Assembly: GCA_000004985.1 (NCBI GenBank)
Contig: GG739545.1
Strand: one strand, 5' to 3'
From: Naegleria gruberi
Taxonomy: Eukaryota
Length of the DNA: 1,122 nucleotides
Positions 1-1,122 of the stretch are shown in pieces. Position numbers and translations under genes: made by a program. The notes beneath the pieces were generated by a model, which worked only from the letters and a program-made list of their open reading frames with translations, was not told the DNA's origin and ran no database searches. The stretch's first letter is position 1. Each line of letters opens with the position of its first letter.

Positions 1-605
1 AATGATAGTTACCATGGACTCGTTCGATGAGTTGTCTTTTTCGAGATGGAAGAACACCATTAGGTTGAAGAGTACCATAGCTATTGGTTGGAACACTAAT
101 TGACTGTCTTATTGAACTGAGATCAGAAGCATCACCATTTGGTTCTCTTTCCATTTTCCTTGCAATTTCTTTCGAATTGTCGAGTAAAAGACTTTCTAAT
201 TTGGAAAGATTATCACCATTCACATTACATATCTCAACAAAATCAAAACCATGTTCGTTAGCGAATTTTAACCCTTCCTCAGTTGAAACGGTTCTATTCT
301 TGATTCCAACATCTGTTTTAGTGGCAATTACAATTACCTTCGCATCAGATCGTTGACTAATTAAATTCAACCATTTAGTAGTACATTGTTCAAATGTATT
401 TCTATTAGAAATATCATAAAGTAAAAAAAAACTATTGGCAACTCTAAGGTACCTTAGCATTATATATTTCTTTCAAGAAGTATCTTTCTTGTCCAGCTGT
501 ATCCCAAAGCTTCATCTTGATAATTACATTATCACCCGATTCATCTAAACTTGTTGTAAACAATTTTGTTCGGAAATCCAAACCAATAGTTGACAAAGAA
601 CCCAT
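1..605 (-). CDS. Rab/Ypt-family small GTPase, 3'-partial (continues past position 1). It reads as two frame segments: minus 605..447 in frame A, which ends at TAG 446..444, and minus 472..1 in the +1 frame. It is possibly a pseudogene or carries a sequencing frameshift, and no P-loop is present.
   Basis: Reverse-complement translation from ATG (605..603) gives MGSLSTIGLDFRTKLFTTSLDESGDNVIIKMKLWDTAGQERYFLKEIYNAKVP*. STIGLDF at 573..593 is a Rab switch-I/effector motif (TIGxDF). DTAGQ at 489..503 is the G3 motif. The +1 frame is open from 472 down to position 1, about 157 codons, and reads KKYIMLRYLRVANSFFFTLLYDISNRNTFEQCTTKWLNLISQRSDAKVIVIATKTDVGIKNRTVSTEEGLKFANEHGFDFVEICNVNGDNLSKLESLLLDNSKEIARKMEREPNGDASDLSSIRQSISVPTNSYGTLQPNGVLPSRKRQLIERVHGNYH... 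Within it, YLRVANS aligns with the Rab YYRGAxG motif, LLYDIS with VYDIT, and TKTD (311..322) with G4 NKxD; FVEICNV is a degenerate G5 (ETSAK). The motif order and spacing fit a Ras-superfamily fold. A 157-codon open frame in AT-rich DNA is very unlikely by chance. Confidence 0.8.
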
Positions 606-769
606 AAAAAATTGACTACCTTACAACCTGAGATTGGGTGTGTGCTATCGGAAGAGCTGCTACTTCCCATTTTTTTAATGATTCTTGCAAGATGTGTGAC
701 ATCTTGTGCATTATAACAGTTTGGTGGCAAACTGAGAACATTGGAGTTAAAAAAAACTCGTAGCCCGTC

Positions 770-781
770 TAGCTCAGTCGG
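770..781 (+). promoter_or_regulatory. Pol III internal promoter A box (TAGCTCAGTCGG)
   Basis: Matches the TRGCNNAGTGG-type A-box consensus at tRNA positions 8-19. Confidence 0.7.
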
Positions 782-813
782 TAGAGCGCAAGGCTCTTAA
801 CCTTGTGGTCGTG

Positions 814-824
814 GGTTCGACCCC
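814..824 (+). promoter_or_regulatory. Pol III internal promoter B box (GGTTCGACCCC)
   Basis: Matches the GGTTCGANNCC B-box consensus in the T-arm. Confidence 0.75.
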
Positions 825-840
825 CACGGTGGGCGATTCA

Positions 841-847
841 TATTTTT
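841..847 (+). terminator. RNA polymerase III terminator (T-run, TATTTTT)
   Basis: A run of five T (843..847) begins 8 nt after the tRNA 3' end. This is the canonical Pol III termination signal for eukaryotic tRNA genes. Confidence 0.6.
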
Positions 848-921
848 GAAAAGTTTAACTTATTTTCAACATTGTACTTTCCCTCCAAAATCTGTTTCAT
901 CATTTCAACAATAAAAAAAGA

Positions 922-1122
922 ATGGCTTCAAATCTTCTTCGACTGGCCGATAGATGTGGATGCTATGATGAGGATGAATTCAATTCTCAGCAACAAGACA
1001 ATGAAATGGATTTAACTAACCTATTATCGGAATCTATGAATATTCAAGATAGAATTTTTCAACTCCATGAAAAGTACGAATTAATGATGGAATATAACAA
1101 GACGTACGATTTGCTCAATGAT
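922..1122 (+). CDS. Hypothetical protein, 5'-terminal 67 codons. The ORF stays open to the window edge, so the gene continues beyond 1122.
   Basis: ATG at 922 sits in an A-rich yeast-type initiation context (AAAAAAAGAATGG, A at -3). Translation is MASNLLRLADRCGCYDEDEFNSQQQDNEMDLTNLLSESMNIQDRIFQLHEKYELMMEYNKTYDLLND with no stop in 67 codons, which is improbable in AT-rich sequence. Codon usage (TTA/TTG Leu, AGA Arg, GAA/GAT) matches the neighbouring GTPase gene. The frame differs from the ORF-track entry 803..1015, and it was missed because it has no stop in the window. I recognise no family. Confidence 0.5.
   Translation, partial: MASNLLRLADRCGCYDEDEFNSQQQDNEMDLTNLLSESMNIQDRIFQLHEKYELMMEYNKTYDLLND

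Larger units (their letters stand above)
763..835 (+). tRNA. tK(CUU): tRNA-Lys, anticodon CUU (796..798). Eukaryotic cytoplasmic type, 73 nt, no intron, CCA not encoded.
   Basis: Full cloverleaf by hand. Acceptor stem is GCCCGTC / GGTGGGC with discriminator G. D-arm is GCTC-AGTCGGTA-GAGC. Anticodon arm is CAAGG-CTCTTAA-CCTTG with U33 and A37. Variable loop is TGGTC. T-arm is GTGGG-TTCGACC-CCCAC. It is nearly identical to the well-known eukaryotic tRNA-Lys(CUU) sequence (GCCCGGCTAGCTCAGTCGGTAGAGC...TTCGAGCCCCACGTTGGGCG). Confidence 0.93.

Noticed and set aside
84-356. ORF-track entry, plus strand, 90 aa (MVGTLIDCLIELRSEASPFGS…)
   Set aside because: It lies antisense to, and entirely inside, the well-supported minus-strand Rab GTPase coding region. 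Its product is low-complexity with no recognisable motifs. It is a shadow ORF.
423-431. A9 homopolymer (T9 on the coding strand) and A8 at 751..758
   Set aside because: The 423..431 run is in frame inside the Rab ORF, where it encodes Phe-Phe-Phe, and leaves the ORF open. The 751..758 run is typical AT-rich tRNA 5' flank. Neither is evidence of a mobile-element poly(A) tail or a target-site duplication.
447-605. An intron as the explanation for the Rab frame discontinuity
   Set aside because: The two frames overlap by only about 26 nt (447..472), too short for an intron. Testing 5' GT/3' AG combinations (GT at 452/451 with AG at 402/401; others) gives the wrong phase or removes the conserved YLRVANS/LLYDIS residues. 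No TACTAAC-like branch point is present.
545-730. ORF-track entry, minus strand, 61 aa (MPPNCYNAQDVTHLARIIKKMGSSSSSDSTHPISGCKVVNF…)
   Set aside because: From 545 to 605 it overlaps the Rab switch-I/N-terminal coding segment in a different frame, and the rest would sit in the Rab 5' leader/promoter. It has no P-loop or other motif. I checked whether it could be a displaced Rab exon 1; it cannot, because no GxxxxGK[S/T] occurs in any frame.
606-762. Possible solo LTR or retroelement remnant upstream of the tRNA
   Set aside because: There are no recognisable TG…CA LTR termini, no flanking direct repeats and no primer-binding site complementary to a tRNA 3' end. It remains only a hypothesis under the P-loop finding.
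803-1015. ORF-track entry, plus strand, 70 aa (MWSWVRPPRWAIHIFEKF…)
   Set aside because: Its 5' end lies inside the tRNA-Lys gene (763..835) and it runs through the Pol III terminator. The better-supported plus-strand gene uses a different frame starting at 922.

Overview
The window is AT-rich nuclear DNA that looks like a budding yeast (Saccharomycotina) and holds three genes plus a short regulatory spacer. (1) Minus strand, 1..605: a Rab/Ypt-family small GTPase gene whose 3' end runs off the left edge of the window. Its switch-I (STIGLDF), G3 (WDTAGQERY), YYRGA-like (YLRVANS), LLYDIS and G4-like (TKTD) motifs are all legible. The gene is odd in three ways. No P-loop (GxxxxGKS/T) is encoded anywhere upstream of its first ATG before the neighbouring tRNA gene. 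The reading frame breaks by +1 between the G3 motif and the YYRGA-like motif (about 447..472). The C-terminal tail is unusually long. (2) Plus strand, 763..835: a canonical eukaryotic cytoplasmic tRNA-Lys(CUU) with A and B boxes, no intron and no encoded CCA, followed by a T5 Pol III terminator. (3) Plus strand, 922..1122 and beyond: an open frame of at least 67 codons, with no stop before the window end, that starts at an ATG in a good yeast initiation context only 86 bp after the tRNA. It encodes an acidic, probably helical protein that I cannot place in any family; the supplied ORF track missed it because it has no stop inside the window. The three ORF-track entries (84..356 +, 545..730 -, 803..1015 +) all appear spurious. 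The most notable item is the broken, P-loop-less Rab gene next to a tRNA gene, though a sequencing error or a pseudogene are both serious alternative explanations.
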